Assembly (NCBI GenBank): GCA_036507075.1
Contig: DASXQR010000061.1
Location: 1 to 28,971 of the forward strand
Direction: 5' to 3'
DNA from: Acidobacteriota bacterium
Lineage (GTDB): Bacteria > Acidobacteriota > UBA6911 > JACQSX01
Length of the DNA: 28,971 bases
Shown: piece after piece, positions 8,401-17,264 of the stretch
Position numbering within the stretch: the first letter of the stretch is position 1
Layout: every line of letters begins with the position of its first letter
Program-made: the position numbers and the translations under genes
Notes under the pieces: generated by a model
What the model was told of the DNA's origin: nothing
The model's input: only the letters and a program-made list of their open reading frames with translations
Databases searched by the model: none

Positions 8401-10850
8401 AACGACGGAAGATTGACGACACCAAAACGATCGCTGACCGCCTGCGCGCTGGAAGCGCCACCTGCAAAGCTTCCGCCTGCGTTGCCGCCAGTGATCTCGA
8501 AATTGACCACCGCATCCGGTACCGGGACGCCGTCACTATCGAGCACCACGGCACGCACGGGAAACATCGGGTCGGAAACCGCGGATGCATTCTGATTGTT
8601 CCCTGCGATTACCCGGATAGAAGCAGGCACGCGGCCGCCGCTGGTGTATTGCCACATGCCACGCCCATGCGTTGCGACACGCAGGAAGTTAGTGTTGCCG
8701 AAATAACCCATGTCGTCTACCACTACATTCGGCAGCCCGTCGTTGAACGGCTCCCATGAAGTACCTTCATTCAACGAGCGAAAGCAACCGAGGTCAGTTC
8801 CAATGAAAAGTGTCGACGGATTCCGGGGATCGATGACGATCACCTGCACGGGCAGATCAGGCAGCTCGGATGAAATGTTAACCCAGGTTTCACCTCCATC
8901 AGCGCTTCGGAAGACGTGCCCGGGTACACCGGTGCCGTTGAACCCGGAAAATGTGGCATAAACTTTCTGTGGATCCGACGGATGCACTCGCAATCGCGTG
9001 ACCCAGCGATTGGGCAATCCGGCGATGATCTGCCGGAACGCCGATGGAGCAGACCCTCCGTCAGTTGTTTTCCAGACCGACCCATCGCTGGAACCGGTAT
9101 AGATGGTGTTTGCATCCGAGGGAGCCACTGCGATAGCGGTCAGTGTCCCTGTTCCCCTGGTGAGATCATTACTGATTGCCGTCCATGAAGCGGCCCGGTT
9201 CGTGGATCGATAAAGGCGTTGGCTCCCGACATACAGCACTTGCGGGTTCACCGGATCGATGATCCAGGGAGTCACCCAATTAAACCGATCCGACGCTAAA
9301 ATTCCGAAGCGCGCGTTTACAAAGGAAATCCCGCCGTTGGTGGACCGTGCCAGGCCGCCGTTTTGCGACTCCGCGTAGACAAAATTGGGGTCCACAGGGT
9401 CCACCAGCGATACCATCCCGTCTCCACCGAGCACGAGCTGGAATCCCGAAGGCCCGCTCCCCTTTTGCGTGCCGTTATCCTGAGTGCCGCCGTAGCTGAG
9501 ACTGGGATCGGTCGCTGACATTGCGAGCGCATAAAACTGCGTCGCTGTCAGACCATAGTTCAAAGCAGCCCAGGTGCCGCCGCCGTCGGTCGAGCGGTAC
9601 ATGCCTCCGTCGTTTCCGCTGTACACGACGTTTGAATTACGGGCGCTGATGGCCAAAGCATGATGGTCTACGTGAACACCGACATCCGAGCGGGACCATG
9701 CAGCGCCTCCATTAGTGCTCTTCCAGAGGAACAACCCTCCGGCATAAAGTATGTCCGGATTCGTGGGATGGACAGTCAGCTCGTTGTCGTACCAGCATTG
9801 CGCCCCGCAATAAGAAGGAGTACCCGCAATCTGAGCCCAGGTTTGCCCGCCGTCGGTGCTCTTGAAGATGCCCATCACGGGTTCGTTGCTGACAAACCGT
9901 GAAACTCCCGCGTACACAACCTGCGGGCTGGATCTGGAACGCGCCAGCGCTACACGGCCGATGACATTCCCGGCGGGCAACCCCGCCTCCAGTCGGGACC
10001 AACTGGTCCCGCCGTCTTTACTTCTCCAGATGCCGTTCTCTTTGGTGTCGGCAGCACGATCCCAGACAGAAACCAGAATGTTGTCGGGACTCGAGGGGTC
10101 CAGCGACAGGTCAGTACAATTGTGATTGGAAAGGACTGCCTTCCAGGAGATGTTGCCGTCGGTACTCCTGAAAACGCCGTTTCGCGTGGCGGCATAAATG
10201 ATGCCCGTGTCGTTCGGGTTAATGGCCAGCCGGTTGACAAACGACGAAAACGCCGGTCCGAACGTCCAGGTGGCTCCGCCGTCTGTGGACTTCATGACTC
10301 CCCGTCCCTGCGCTGCGTCGATGTTGAAGCTTCCTTCTCCCGTGCCCGCGTAAATCACTTCAGGATTTCCTGGATCGAGCGCAAGCGACTTGATCGCCAG
10401 GCTGGGAAGGTTATCGTTCAGCGCTCGCCAGGTTTGCCCACCATCGATAGTCTTGAAAACGCCGCCATCGGCAGCGCCCGCGTACACGATGTTGTCATCG
10501 CCAGGATGAAGCGCAAGCGACAGGATTCTCCCTCCAACATTGTCCGGCCCGATTTCTATCCATCGATCCGTCGCTTCAGCAGATCGGGTCTTCGTCTGCC
10601 GCTGCGCGTTCCCCCATCGTTTCTTAACGTAATTGAAGGCTTCGAAACGGTAGTCGGGCGGAAGCGTGTTGAGCGGGTAGGCTCGCTGCTCAAAGAACCA
10701 TCGCGCGGCGTCGGCCGGATCTCCTTCCTCTTCAAAGATGCTGCGAACTTCTTCCTGCCCGCTCTTTGACTGCGCGTAGAGACAGGAAACCAGGACGGCA
10801 ACCACGGCGAGTGACATCCCCGACATTCTCCGTTGAGCTTTGATACTCAT
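5460..10850 (-). CDS. Large secreted/surface protein: BNR (Asp-box) beta-propellers (VPS10/GH74-like), Ig-like/IPT domains and duplicated C-terminal beta modules
   Basis: More than 10 S/T-x-D-G-G-x-T/S-W Asp boxes in the first ~740 aa. Two Big_1-like segments (IAGNNQ..., IQGGNLQ...PLSVKVTDDAG). Two C-terminal repeats (EAAVP...TGVALVN...TLPVA). The start could be ATG 10850 or a nearby downstream ATG. Confidence 0.88.
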   Translation of the reverse strand: MSIKAQRRMSGMSLAVVAVLVSCLYAQSKSGQEEVRSIFEEEGDPADAARWFFEQRAYPLNTLPPDYRFEAFNYVKKRWGNAQRQTKTRSAEATDRWIEIGPDNVGGRILSLALHPGDDNIVYAGAADGGVFKTIDGGQTWRALNDNLPSLAIKSLALDPGNPEVIYAGTGEGSFNIDAAQGRGVMKSTDGGATWTFGPAFSSFVNRLAINPNDTGIIYAATRNGVFRSTDGNISWKAVLSNHNCTDLSLDPSSPDNILVSVWDRAADTKENGIWRSKDGGTSWSRLEAGLPAGNVIGRVALARSRSSPQVVYAGVSRFVSNEPVMGIFKSTDGGQTWAQIAGTPSYCGAQCWYDNELTVHPTNPDILYAGGLFLWKSTNGGAAWSRSDVGVHVDHHALAISARNSNVVYSGNDGGMYRSTDGGGTWAALNYGLTATQFYALAMSATDPSLSYGGTQDNGTQKGSGPSGFQLVLGGDGMVSLVDPVDPNFVYAESQNGGLARSTNGGISFVNARFGILASDRFNWVTPWIIDPVNPQVLYVGSQRLYRSTNRAASWTAISNDLTRGTGTLTAIAVAPSDANTIYTGSSDGSVWKTTDGGSAPSAFRQIIAGLPNRWVTRLRVHPSDPQKVYATFSGFNGTGVPGHVFRSADGGETWVNISSELPDLPVQVIVIDPRNPSTLFIGTDLGCFRSLNEGTSWEPFNDGLPNVVVDDMGYFGNTNFLRVATHGRGMWQYTSGGRVPASIRVIAGNNQNASAVSDPMFPVRAVVLDSDGVPVPDAVVNFEITGGNAGGSFAGGASSAQAVSDRFGVVNLPSLKLSGVPGSITVTASAAGVASAAAIMINSVTSAPELTRIVPDSALAGQVIIAGQILALSGSRFAQPLFVYYIQNGTWYASAANTTVASSNLIYSTVPSGLAPGKASVVVSRGGELSNALDITINKTPTSLALQGLVPSAPSPGQQFLANFFGQQLGTERFTVTQGSNQYTGSAELLLFAGAVFTMPAFPFESGGAMMELRNHNASAPAVVAFNIPGQPEPPTIGPPAGARAPEQLLPLASASLSGFATVPENNVVTFSQGANSVEVPALAVTGGAVLAPIPGSFSEGTAIASVTTLLANGSARTNSAAFTIGPPPAANPFSVSPAAAAPGSRITLTSTSVGVFNTNPSRNTVLIRAGANEVRVPAETVNAFGTSFSFTLPNGLAAGPAVIQVTSAFGNQSYQRGVNAILSIVSTRKIEIQGGNLQVTDAGKPFPVPLSVKVTDDAGTAVPNAPVALAAPARGTSGFFENGGGPALTVITDTQGVASAVFKARNNGGSFFVRATISGQPAKGVFTLRSRNPANQRELSIPAGNAQVSETAGADAGVTAGYVTASASGARLVGVSIFSLRDRDGNLITEAAVPESVPSTSSLMFLDGRAGAQTGVALVNPNNATVTVSFRLFDPGGNPVGERAMLTLSPGAYAARFFSELFGGLSPGFRGTVLVESPQPVASVTLRAVPNARGQTILSTLPVAISSALRSGDVVFPHLAIGSGYRISVILLNPTSGAMKGKLRLFDSKGSPLGLESNPVIDYSIPAFGHVLVESSGAPGAGLLSGYAVASPDPGSGSPAGTLLFSNYSGNTLVTEAAVPASAAVSHALLYVDTQATELLSAIETRLTGIALANRGSAVARIRLILRSMDGTVLGIPRTIELEPGTQAARFVDELAGSLALGILGTLEVSSDRPIEMLTLRATLTARGELVLTTLPVADYAGSGFNTAVTFSHFADGGGYSSQAILLNASPAAGTITVRYFGPGGSPLVVDLR

Positions 10851-10883
10851 AGAGTTTTTCGTCAAGTTTTCCAACCAAACGTC

Positions 10884-11034
10884 CAAATGCGGATTTCGGA
10901 ATGCGGAATGCGGAATAGGTTTGTCGTCAGTTGTAGTCAGTTGTCAGTGTTTTACTTGTCAGTTGACAATGGACAACGAACAACGGACCACGGACAGCTT
11001 TATTCCCCATTCCGCATTCCGAAATCGGCATTTG
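10884..11034. repeat. Nested heptamer palindromic element, copy 3
   Basis: Outer (ATGCGGA/TTTCGGA)n and (TTCCGCA)n arms enclose inner (TTGTCAG)n and (CAACGGA)n arms. Confidence 0.85.
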
Positions 11035-11067
11035 AGAGCGGCCGGTCCGCATCCGGACAGGAGCCGG

Positions 11068-12744
11068 TTAACTTCGACCGACCAGTCCCGCAACGGTGGA
11101 AATCAGTTCGGCCGGATTGACCGGCTTTGCCAGATGCACCTGGAATCCGGCCGTGATCGCCTGCAACCGGTGTTCCGGCCCGGCGTAGGCAGTGAGCGCG
11201 ACGGCCGGCAGATTCCCTCCGCGCTTCGGCCCGAGTGCTCGGATTCTCCGAATCAGCGTGTAGCCGTCGTTGTCGGGGATTCCTATGTCCGCCACCAGAA
11301 TATCCGGCTTGAGTTCTTCGACGGTTTTCAGCGCTTCCGCAGACGTTTTCACTACCTGCACGTTTGCGCCACGCTGTTCCAGGATGGTGGTGAACAACCC
11401 CAGCACGTCTTGTTCATCGTCGACCAGAAGAACCGTCACGCCTTGCAGCGAAATCGTACTGGGCGGCGCCAGCTTTTCGGCCGATTTAGACGCGCTGTTC
11501 GCGGAATCCGTGTCATGCGGTTTCAGCGGGATCGTCACGGTAAACGTAGAACCACGCCCTTCGCCGGCGCTTTCGGCGCGCACGGTTCCACCGTGCATCT
11601 CGATGATATTGCGCACCAGTGCCAGGCCGAGCCCGAGACCGCCATGCGACCTTGAATCAGCCGCATCCCCCTGGCGGAAATACTCAAAAATATGCGGAAT
11701 CAACTCCGACCGAATTCCAATTCCAGTGTCAGAGACCCTGATCTCCACTTCGGCATCCACGATACTTACGGACACGGTTACGAGACCGCCCTCCGGTGTA
11801 AACTTTATGGCATTCGACAACAGATTCAAGACAACCTGCTGCAAACGATCCGGATCTCCGGAGACAGTTTCCTGGATCGGCGCAAAGTTGGTTTCGATTT
11901 GAATCTTCTTCGCTTCCGCCGCGGGCCGAATTGCCTCCACCGCCTGTTCCGCCACGACGCTCGGCCGGATGGCCCGGAAATCAAGCCGCAGCTTCCCCGA
12001 GATGATCCTCGAGATGTCCAGGATGTCTGAGATCAATTGCGCCTGGACCTGGGCGTTGCGTTCAATAGTCTCGAACGCGCGCGCGGCGCGCTCCGGATCA
12101 AGCTTTCCAGTGCGAAGGATGTGAGCCCAGCCGAGGATGGCGTTCAGCGGCGTGCGCAGCTCATGGGAAAGCGTGGCAAAGAAAATATCCTTGGCCCGGT
12201 TGGCGTCGGCGAGTTTCTCGTTGGCAATCTGAAGTTCCGCCGTTCTTTCCGCAATCCGGTGTTCCAGCTCCCGGTTCAACTTTTCCAGCGTTATCCTCGC
12301 ATCCCGCTCGGCCAGCATCAATCGCCGGTGTTCGATTCCACGGCGCACGGTCTGCTTCATGTCATCGATGATGCAAGGTTTGATCAGGTAATCGTAGGCG
12401 CCTTGCCTCATGGCGGCGATTGCCGATTCCAGTGACGCAAATCCGGTTAGTACGATGGTAATGGTCAGGGGAAAGTGACGGCGAACTTCCGCCAGCACGG
12501 AAATGCCATCCGCTCCTTCCATGTGCAGGTCGGTGAGAACGACATCGTATTCGGTATCCTGGATTTTCGATATCGCGTCCGCGCCGCTCAGGGCTGTCTC
12601 GACAACCAGGCCGTCCTGACGCATCACTTCGCTCACGGTGAGCGCCACGCTTTCTTCGTCGTCCACAACCAAAAGACGCGCCTGCCGCCAGAAGACGTCC
12701 GCTCTGGCGTCAGGCATGTCTGCGTAACTGGAGAACAAACTCAT
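11068..12744 (-). CDS. Hybrid histidine kinase REC-HisKA-HATPase-REC
   Basis: REC1 (LVVDDE...LTDLHM...KP), H-box LSHELRTPL, N-box NLLSNAIKFT, DTGIG, GGLGLGL, and REC2 (LVDDE...ADIG...KP). The ATG at 12744 is preferred over the GTG at 12792, but the start is uncertain. Confidence 0.93.
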   Translation of the reverse strand: MSLFSSYADMPDARADVFWRQARLLVVDDEESVALTVSEVMRQDGLVVETALSGADAISKIQDTEYDVVLTDLHMEGADGISVLAEVRRHFPLTITIVLTGFASLESAIAAMRQGAYDYLIKPCIIDDMKQTVRRGIEHRRLMLAERDARITLEKLNRELEHRIAERTAELQIANEKLADANRAKDIFFATLSHELRTPLNAILGWAHILRTGKLDPERAARAFETIERNAQVQAQLISDILDISRIISGKLRLDFRAIRPSVVAEQAVEAIRPAAEAKKIQIETNFAPIQETVSGDPDRLQQVVLNLLSNAIKFTPEGGLVTVSVSIVDAEVEIRVSDTGIGIRSELIPHIFEYFRQGDAADSRSHGGLGLGLALVRNIIEMHGGTVRAESAGEGRGSTFTVTIPLKPHDTDSANSASKSAEKLAPPSTISLQGVTVLLVDDEQDVLGLFTTILEQRGANVQVVKTSAEALKTVEELKPDILVADIGIPDNDGYTLIRRIRALGPKRGGNLPAVALTAYAGPEHRLQAITAGFQVHLAKPVNPAELISTVAGLVGRS

Positions 12745-12796
12745 GGTGGTAACCTGAATCCATCCCGAAAGCGCCTGGCGGCGTCCCGGCACGGAA

Positions 12797-14974
12797 TTAG
12801 CCTTTGCCTTCCTTTTCCGACACGGCTGACTCCAGCGGCAGAATGATTTTAAAGGTTGTCCCCTTGCCTTCCGCGCTGTTCACATCAATCTTTCCGCCAT
12901 GGTGCGAAATAATGTCTTGCGTTACCCACAGCCCCAAGCCTGTGCCCTTCTTTCGGGTGGAAAAAAAGGGCTCAAAAATTCTCTCCAGGTCTGTTTCGGG
13001 AATTCCCGGCCCCGTATCACTGATTTCAACGGAGATTGACGGCTGGACCCACGGACTATGCCGTTTGGTTTTGATCGTTATATTACCATCACGCTCGATG
13101 GCCTGCTGCGCATTTATGACCAGGTTCAGAAATACCTGGCGCAACTGGTCCGGCATGGCATGAACTCGCGGCAAGTTGCCGTCGAGATCCTTTGTCAACA
13201 CGATATTGGATTGTCTGAGCTTTTTCTCCACCAGCACCAGCGTTTCTTCCAATAGTTGATTCACATCAACCCATTCGGTGCCGCCGGAGCGGCGCGCGAA
13301 TCCAAGCATCTGCCGGATCACATGCGAGACGCGCTCGGTCTCCTTCAACGCGATGTCCATGAAGCGCGCATTGGCAGCTTCATCTTTGCCGGTCTTCAGG
13401 ATGAAAAGGGAATTCTTGATCGCTTCCAGCGGGTTATTCACTTCATGCGCAATGGAGGCCGCCAGGCGGCCTACGGCGGCCAGCTTTTCCGACTCGAACA
13501 GTTGCTGCTCCACACGCCGGCGCTCTAGCTCGCGGATTTCCGAAAGGTCATGCAGCACCGACACGACCGCTGTCACTTGTTCCTTGGCGTCCAATACCTC
13601 CACCGAAGTGATTTCCATCGGCAGCTTGGCGCCCGTTTCCGGATCGATCAAATCAATTTCGGCCTGCCGTCCGGTGCGCATTTCCGAAGCGAGTCCCGAG
13701 AGAAAGGAAGTGAGCTTCACCGAATTAGTCTGCACCGCCGCAAGAGCGCGCGGGAAAGAAGCTTCGCGCTGCTTGAATAAAAGCTCCGCACGATTGTTGA
13801 ATAAAATGAAATTTCCGCCGCCGTCTGTCACCACGACCGGCTGGCCGACGTTTTCAATAATCAGATCGAGCCGGTCTCGCTCGCGGCGCGCTTCCGCCTC
13901 GGCCGTCTGCAACTTGGAGAAGTTCCCCGCCAGTTCCTCGTTCGCCCGCCGCAGATCGGTGACATCGCGAAACACCGAAACGAGGCCGACTCTTTCACCC
14001 TGCGTGTTGAACGCGGGCGTCGAGATAACTTCAAAATGGATATCAGAACCCTCCAGCGGATCGACCAGCGTCAAGTCGCAGCCGACGCCTTCGGTGGAGG
14101 AAACCGCCTCCCCTGATAAGTAAGCGGAGAAAAGCAGATCGTTCATTTTAAGGGCGCGCTTCTTTCCTTCGCTTGCGTCCACCGAGCCGCTGAACAGCTC
14201 CTCGGCCCGGCGGTTTTGCAGCAGTATTTCATTGTCCAGATTCGTCAGCACGATTGGATCGGCGACCGACTTCATGATCGATTCGACCCACTGGCGTTCC
14301 CGCTGCAGCTTATTGACGGTCGTCACCAGTCGGTCTGTGTGCATTCCGCTGGCGATAATTACCGCCACGCGCTCGGCAAATCGGGAAAGCAGGACCAGAG
14401 ACTCCTCGGCAGGCTGCCGTTCGGTCACAACATAAAGAGCGCCCACGCACTTGCTTTCCGGCTCCCAGAACTGCGGTATGTCCTTGGCGTCGAAATCGTC
14501 TCGGGTCTTTTCGGCAAACAACTGCCCGCTGCCAACTCCAGCCAGAGGCAGCACCAGCAGTTCCTTTTCGGGAATGAGCAGCTCGGAGTACGGGTCTCCA
14601 TCCTGATCCGGAGTGCGGCTGTACCATGACGGCTTTCCCTCATGCACCACGGAAACACCCGGCGCCAGGGAGTCGAGAGGCATCTCCAGCCGCTCTACCT
14701 TGCTGTTTTCGGGAAAACCGACCGCCATGCGCATCCTCAGCAAGGAACGGCGCTGATCGATCAGGGCCACGGCGGCTGGGGAAAAATGGAAATCAGCGCG
14801 AAGAGTGTCCAGGGCAAGAAAGAGGCGCTCGTCCAGGCTCCTGGCAGCGAGCGTTTGATTTGTGAGAACAAAGAGAGTCTCGAGTTGCTCGACGCTGAGC
14901 GGGCGCGGCCGGCCCTCCTGACTGGGGGTCGCCACCGATTGGCTGTTTTGGTTATCCAGGGCTCGGTTGCTCAT
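12797..14974 (-). CDS. Cytoplasmic sensor histidine kinase GAF-PAS-PAS-HisKA-HATPase (NtrB-like)
   Basis: SEKLAAVGRLAASIAHEVNNPL, QVFLNLVINA, DTGPG, FEPFFSTRKKGTGLGL. Two PAS repeats end in VSVFRDVT and VSVLHDLS. N-terminal GAF-like region and no TM segment. Confidence 0.93.
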   Translation of the reverse strand: MSNRALDNQNSQSVATPSQEGRPRPLSVEQLETLFVLTNQTLAARSLDERLFLALDTLRADFHFSPAAVALIDQRRSLLRMRMAVGFPENSKVERLEMPLDSLAPGVSVVHEGKPSWYSRTPDQDGDPYSELLIPEKELLVLPLAGVGSGQLFAEKTRDDFDAKDIPQFWEPESKCVGALYVVTERQPAEESLVLLSRFAERVAVIIASGMHTDRLVTTVNKLQRERQWVESIMKSVADPIVLTNLDNEILLQNRRAEELFSGSVDASEGKKRALKMNDLLFSAYLSGEAVSSTEGVGCDLTLVDPLEGSDIHFEVISTPAFNTQGERVGLVSVFRDVTDLRRANEELAGNFSKLQTAEAEARRERDRLDLIIENVGQPVVVTDGGGNFILFNNRAELLFKQREASFPRALAAVQTNSVKLTSFLSGLASEMRTGRQAEIDLIDPETGAKLPMEITSVEVLDAKEQVTAVVSVLHDLSEIRELERRRVEQQLFESEKLAAVGRLAASIAHEVNNPLEAIKNSLFILKTGKDEAANARFMDIALKETERVSHVIRQMLGFARRSGGTEWVDVNQLLEETLVLVEKKLRQSNIVLTKDLDGNLPRVHAMPDQLRQVFLNLVINAQQAIERDGNITIKTKRHSPWVQPSISVEISDTGPGIPETDLERIFEPFFSTRKKGTGLGLWVTQDIISHHGGKIDVNSAEGKGTTFKIILPLESAVSEKEGKG

Positions 14975-15044
14975 CGTCCAACGTCAGAAGCCCGTTCCAG
15001 GCGCCTCCCCCATCAGGCGCCGGTGTGCGGGCAACGCATAACCA

Positions 15045-15329
15045 CTACTTTCTTTCCACTTCTGCGCCGACGCGGCGACGCGGTTCTGCTTCGAGGGTCT
15101 CGGCGCCCGGTGTGAGCGCGGGCCGTGAAACCGCGGGCGTGAGACCGACAGCTTCCGCGTACTTCAGATAGGTATCGATGGAAGCCACGACTACGCGAGC
15201 CTCTATCGTGATCAGATCGATTCCGACCAGCGAAATTCTTACCCACGCGTCTATTACAATGCCCTTGTCCAAGACGCGATCAAGAACATCAATCAGGCTG
15301 GATCCGCCAGGAGCTCGTTCGACTGCCAT
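15045..15329 (-). CDS. gvpA: Gas vesicle major structural protein GvpA (94 aa, with C-terminal extension)
   Basis: MAVER...[54 protein letters not shown] is the GvpA signature. True ATG at 15329 behind a purine-rich RBS. Confidence 0.96.
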   Translation of the reverse strand: MAVERAPGGSSLIDVLDRVLDKGIVIDAWVRISLVGIDLITIEARVVVASIDTYLKYAEAVGLTPAVSRPALTPGAETLEAEPRRRVGAEVERK

Positions 15330-15474
15330 TCTCTCTTCCTCTTTCCCGATAATTAGTGGTTTTGTGCCAAACCTCGCTAAAGCCCGCTGATACCGGCCCG
15401 GTATTGCCGGTACTTCAGGCATTTGGATACACGATTAAGCTACCCGGCCGAAACCATCATCCAGCCGGGAAATC

Positions 15475-15867
15475 CTATTTATTCTTCCCGACTCGGCCGC
15501 TCTTCACGCCGGCGCGCGCTCTGCCGGCGGCACCTTTTATACCCGTTATACCCGCAGTCGATTCGCCGAGCCGTTTGATTTCCCTTTCCAGTTCAGCGAG
15601 CCGCGTGCGCAATTCCTTGTTCTCGGCGCTGATCCGCTCCGTCCGGGCCGTAAGATTCGTGTCATAGCGCCACCAGTTAAGACCGATCTGCTCGGCCTTA
15701 TCGATAGAGCAAACCAGCAGGCGAATTTGAAGCGTGAGCAGCTCAACGTTGGCGAGCGACACTTTGATGTCACCCGCTACCACCAAACCTTTATCCAAAA
15801 TCCGGTCCAGCACGTCCACCAGCCCAGGTGGCCGTGCCGAGATTAAGCTAGTTCTTTGGTCTGACAA
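15475..15867 (-). CDS. gvpJ: Gas vesicle protein GvpJ (GvpA family)
   Basis: LVDVLDRILDKGLVVAGDIKVSLANVELL..IRLLVCSIDKAEQIGLNWW followed by a coiled coil (ENKELRTRLAELE). TTG start at 15867 or 15885. Confidence 0.88.
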   Translation of the reverse strand: MSDQRTSLISARPPGLVDVLDRILDKGLVVAGDIKVSLANVELLTLQIRLLVCSIDKAEQIGLNWWRYDTNLTARTERISAENKELRTRLAELEREIKRLGESTAGITGIKGAAGRARAGVKSGRVGKNK

Positions 15868-15888
15868 CGGTTCGCCCTTTCCCAAGCA

Positions 15889-16242
15889 TCACAGCAAGCG
15901 GCCCACAGGGCCGAGATCGAGATTGAGATCCTCGTCTGTAAGTCCAAAACGGTCTTTCAATTCGTCCATCTTGGCTTCCAGCTTCATTAAAGCGAGACCC
16001 AGGTCTTCCACCTGCTCGGGCGACAGCCCGCCGCCTTCCACGCGACGCAGCGCCTGTTTCTCCAGCAATCGCCGGATAAACTCAATCAGCGTCAAAACCA
16101 GCTTGGCCAACCCCTGCTCTACCGATTGCGCATCAATATTAATGCGTTCCGGAAGAGCATCCGCCACGCGGCGCAATTCCTTGGCAAACTCCTCTGGCTG
16201 TGTAGTCTCTATTTCAGGCCGGCTCCGGGAATGACGCACCAT
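15889..16242 (-). CDS. gvpK: Gas vesicle protein GvpK
   Basis: GLAKLVLTLIEFIRRLLEKQALRRVEGGGL..EQVEDLGLALMKLE...FGL...DLNLDLGPVGRLL. Confidence 0.95.
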   Translation of the reverse strand: MVRHSRSRPEIETTQPEEFAKELRRVADALPERINIDAQSVEQGLAKLVLTLIEFIRRLLEKQALRRVEGGGLSPEQVEDLGLALMKLEAKMDELKDRFGLTDEDLNLDLGPVGRLL

Positions 16243-16286
16243 AGGTTGAAGTTGAACGCTCAGAATATTCTTAATTTACCAGTGTT

Positions 16287-16994
16287 TCAAGAGTGAAGCT
16301 GTGCGAAATGATACGGCGCCCAGGGTCCGCTGCTCATGATGGACAAATCAGGTCGCCTCTGACGAGCAAGCTCAAGCATAGCGCTGAACGCTTCAACCTG
16401 GCCTCTGGGAACAAGAAACCGAACCGCCAGCAGCGAGTTGGAAGAATGCGTGGAAACGACGGAATCCTTTGCCATTGTTGAGAATTCCTTGGATATCCAA
16501 CCGGCGAGTTCGCTTGCAAGGGGCGAATTTATCACCGCAGCGCCATGCTCGACCCGCTTCCTGGCCAGGAAACGGGTGCCAGGACCGGATTCCTCCGGCA
16601 GTACGCCATTGTCATGAGATGGGCGCGCAAATCTCGACGAATCAGTTCTTACGAGGATTTTGACATTCATCTGAACGCAGCCTGACACGTGCTCCAACAG
16701 GGATAGCAGCCTCTGGCTGTTGGTTTCGACGTAGCGCTTTAAGTTCGCCCCCAAAGTGATCATTCCGAACCGGAACGGCAGCGGGGTTACCTTTTGCATC
16801 ACTGCAGAAACTACGTGCTCATGCGCAAAGATGTTTTCCCTGCTGGCGGGAACATAAGGGTTGTCCAATTCCGAAACAACAGCAGTGAGTACGCCGCAAT
16901 TATTCAGCACAGGCATGGTCTGGGCGACTCCCGGAACAGAGGCTATCGCGGCGGGATCCAGATCGGCGGCAAGGCAATAGGCATAAACTTTCAT
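16287..16994 (-). CDS. GvpL/GvpF-family gas vesicle protein
   Basis: VYAYC, AHEHVV, LPFRFG, GPGTRFL and C-terminal SGPWAPYHF. Confidence 0.9.
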   Translation of the reverse strand: MKVYAYCLAADLDPAAIASVPGVAQTMPVLNNCGVLTAVVSELDNPYVPASRENIFAHEHVVSAVMQKVTPLPFRFGMITLGANLKRYVETNSQRLLSLLEHVSGCVQMNVKILVRTDSSRFARPSHDNGVLPEESGPGTRFLARKRVEHGAAVINSPLASELAGWISKEFSTMAKDSVVSTHSSNSLLAVRFLVPRGQVEAFSAMLELARQRRPDLSIMSSGPWAPYHFAQLHS

Positions 16995-17032
16995 CGGGTT
17001 CTGATTGCGGGGTTCCGATTGTCGGTAGTGCT

Positions 17033-17260
17033 CTAGTTTGAATTTTCAATTCCTAACCCCTGGCGCTTCGCCAGGATCTGGTCAATGGTATCCACCGAGC
17101 CGAGGAGCACGTTTAAGCCAACGAAAACCAAGTCGATATCCGCCACCGAAATTGTGATCTCGCCGGCAATAACCAGTCCGCTCGTCAAGACGTGATCGAC
17201 TGTTTCAAGCAGCGTCAACTCGCTTTCCTCATCGAAAATATCAATTCTTTCTTCGGCCAT
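17033..17260 (-). CDS. Small GvpA-family accessory protein (GvpS/GvpM/GvpJ-like)
   Basis: TLLETVDHVLTSGLVIAGEITISVADIDLVFVGLNVLLGSVDT is a divergent GvpA-family core. Confidence 0.88.
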   Translation of the reverse strand: MAEERIDIFDEESELTLLETVDHVLTSGLVIAGEITISVADIDLVFVGLNVLLGSVDTIDQILAKRQGLGIENSN

Positions 17261-17264
17261 AAGA

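Noticed and set aside
14984..15039. Tiny coupled ORFs (MRCPHTGA, MGEAPGTGF) between gvpA and the kinase
   Set aside because: Too short to support from sequence alone.
15352..15371. Sigma54 promoter upstream of gvpA (TTGGCAC on the minus strand)
   Set aside because: The -24 box matches, but the -12 position reads CACT rather than TTGC.
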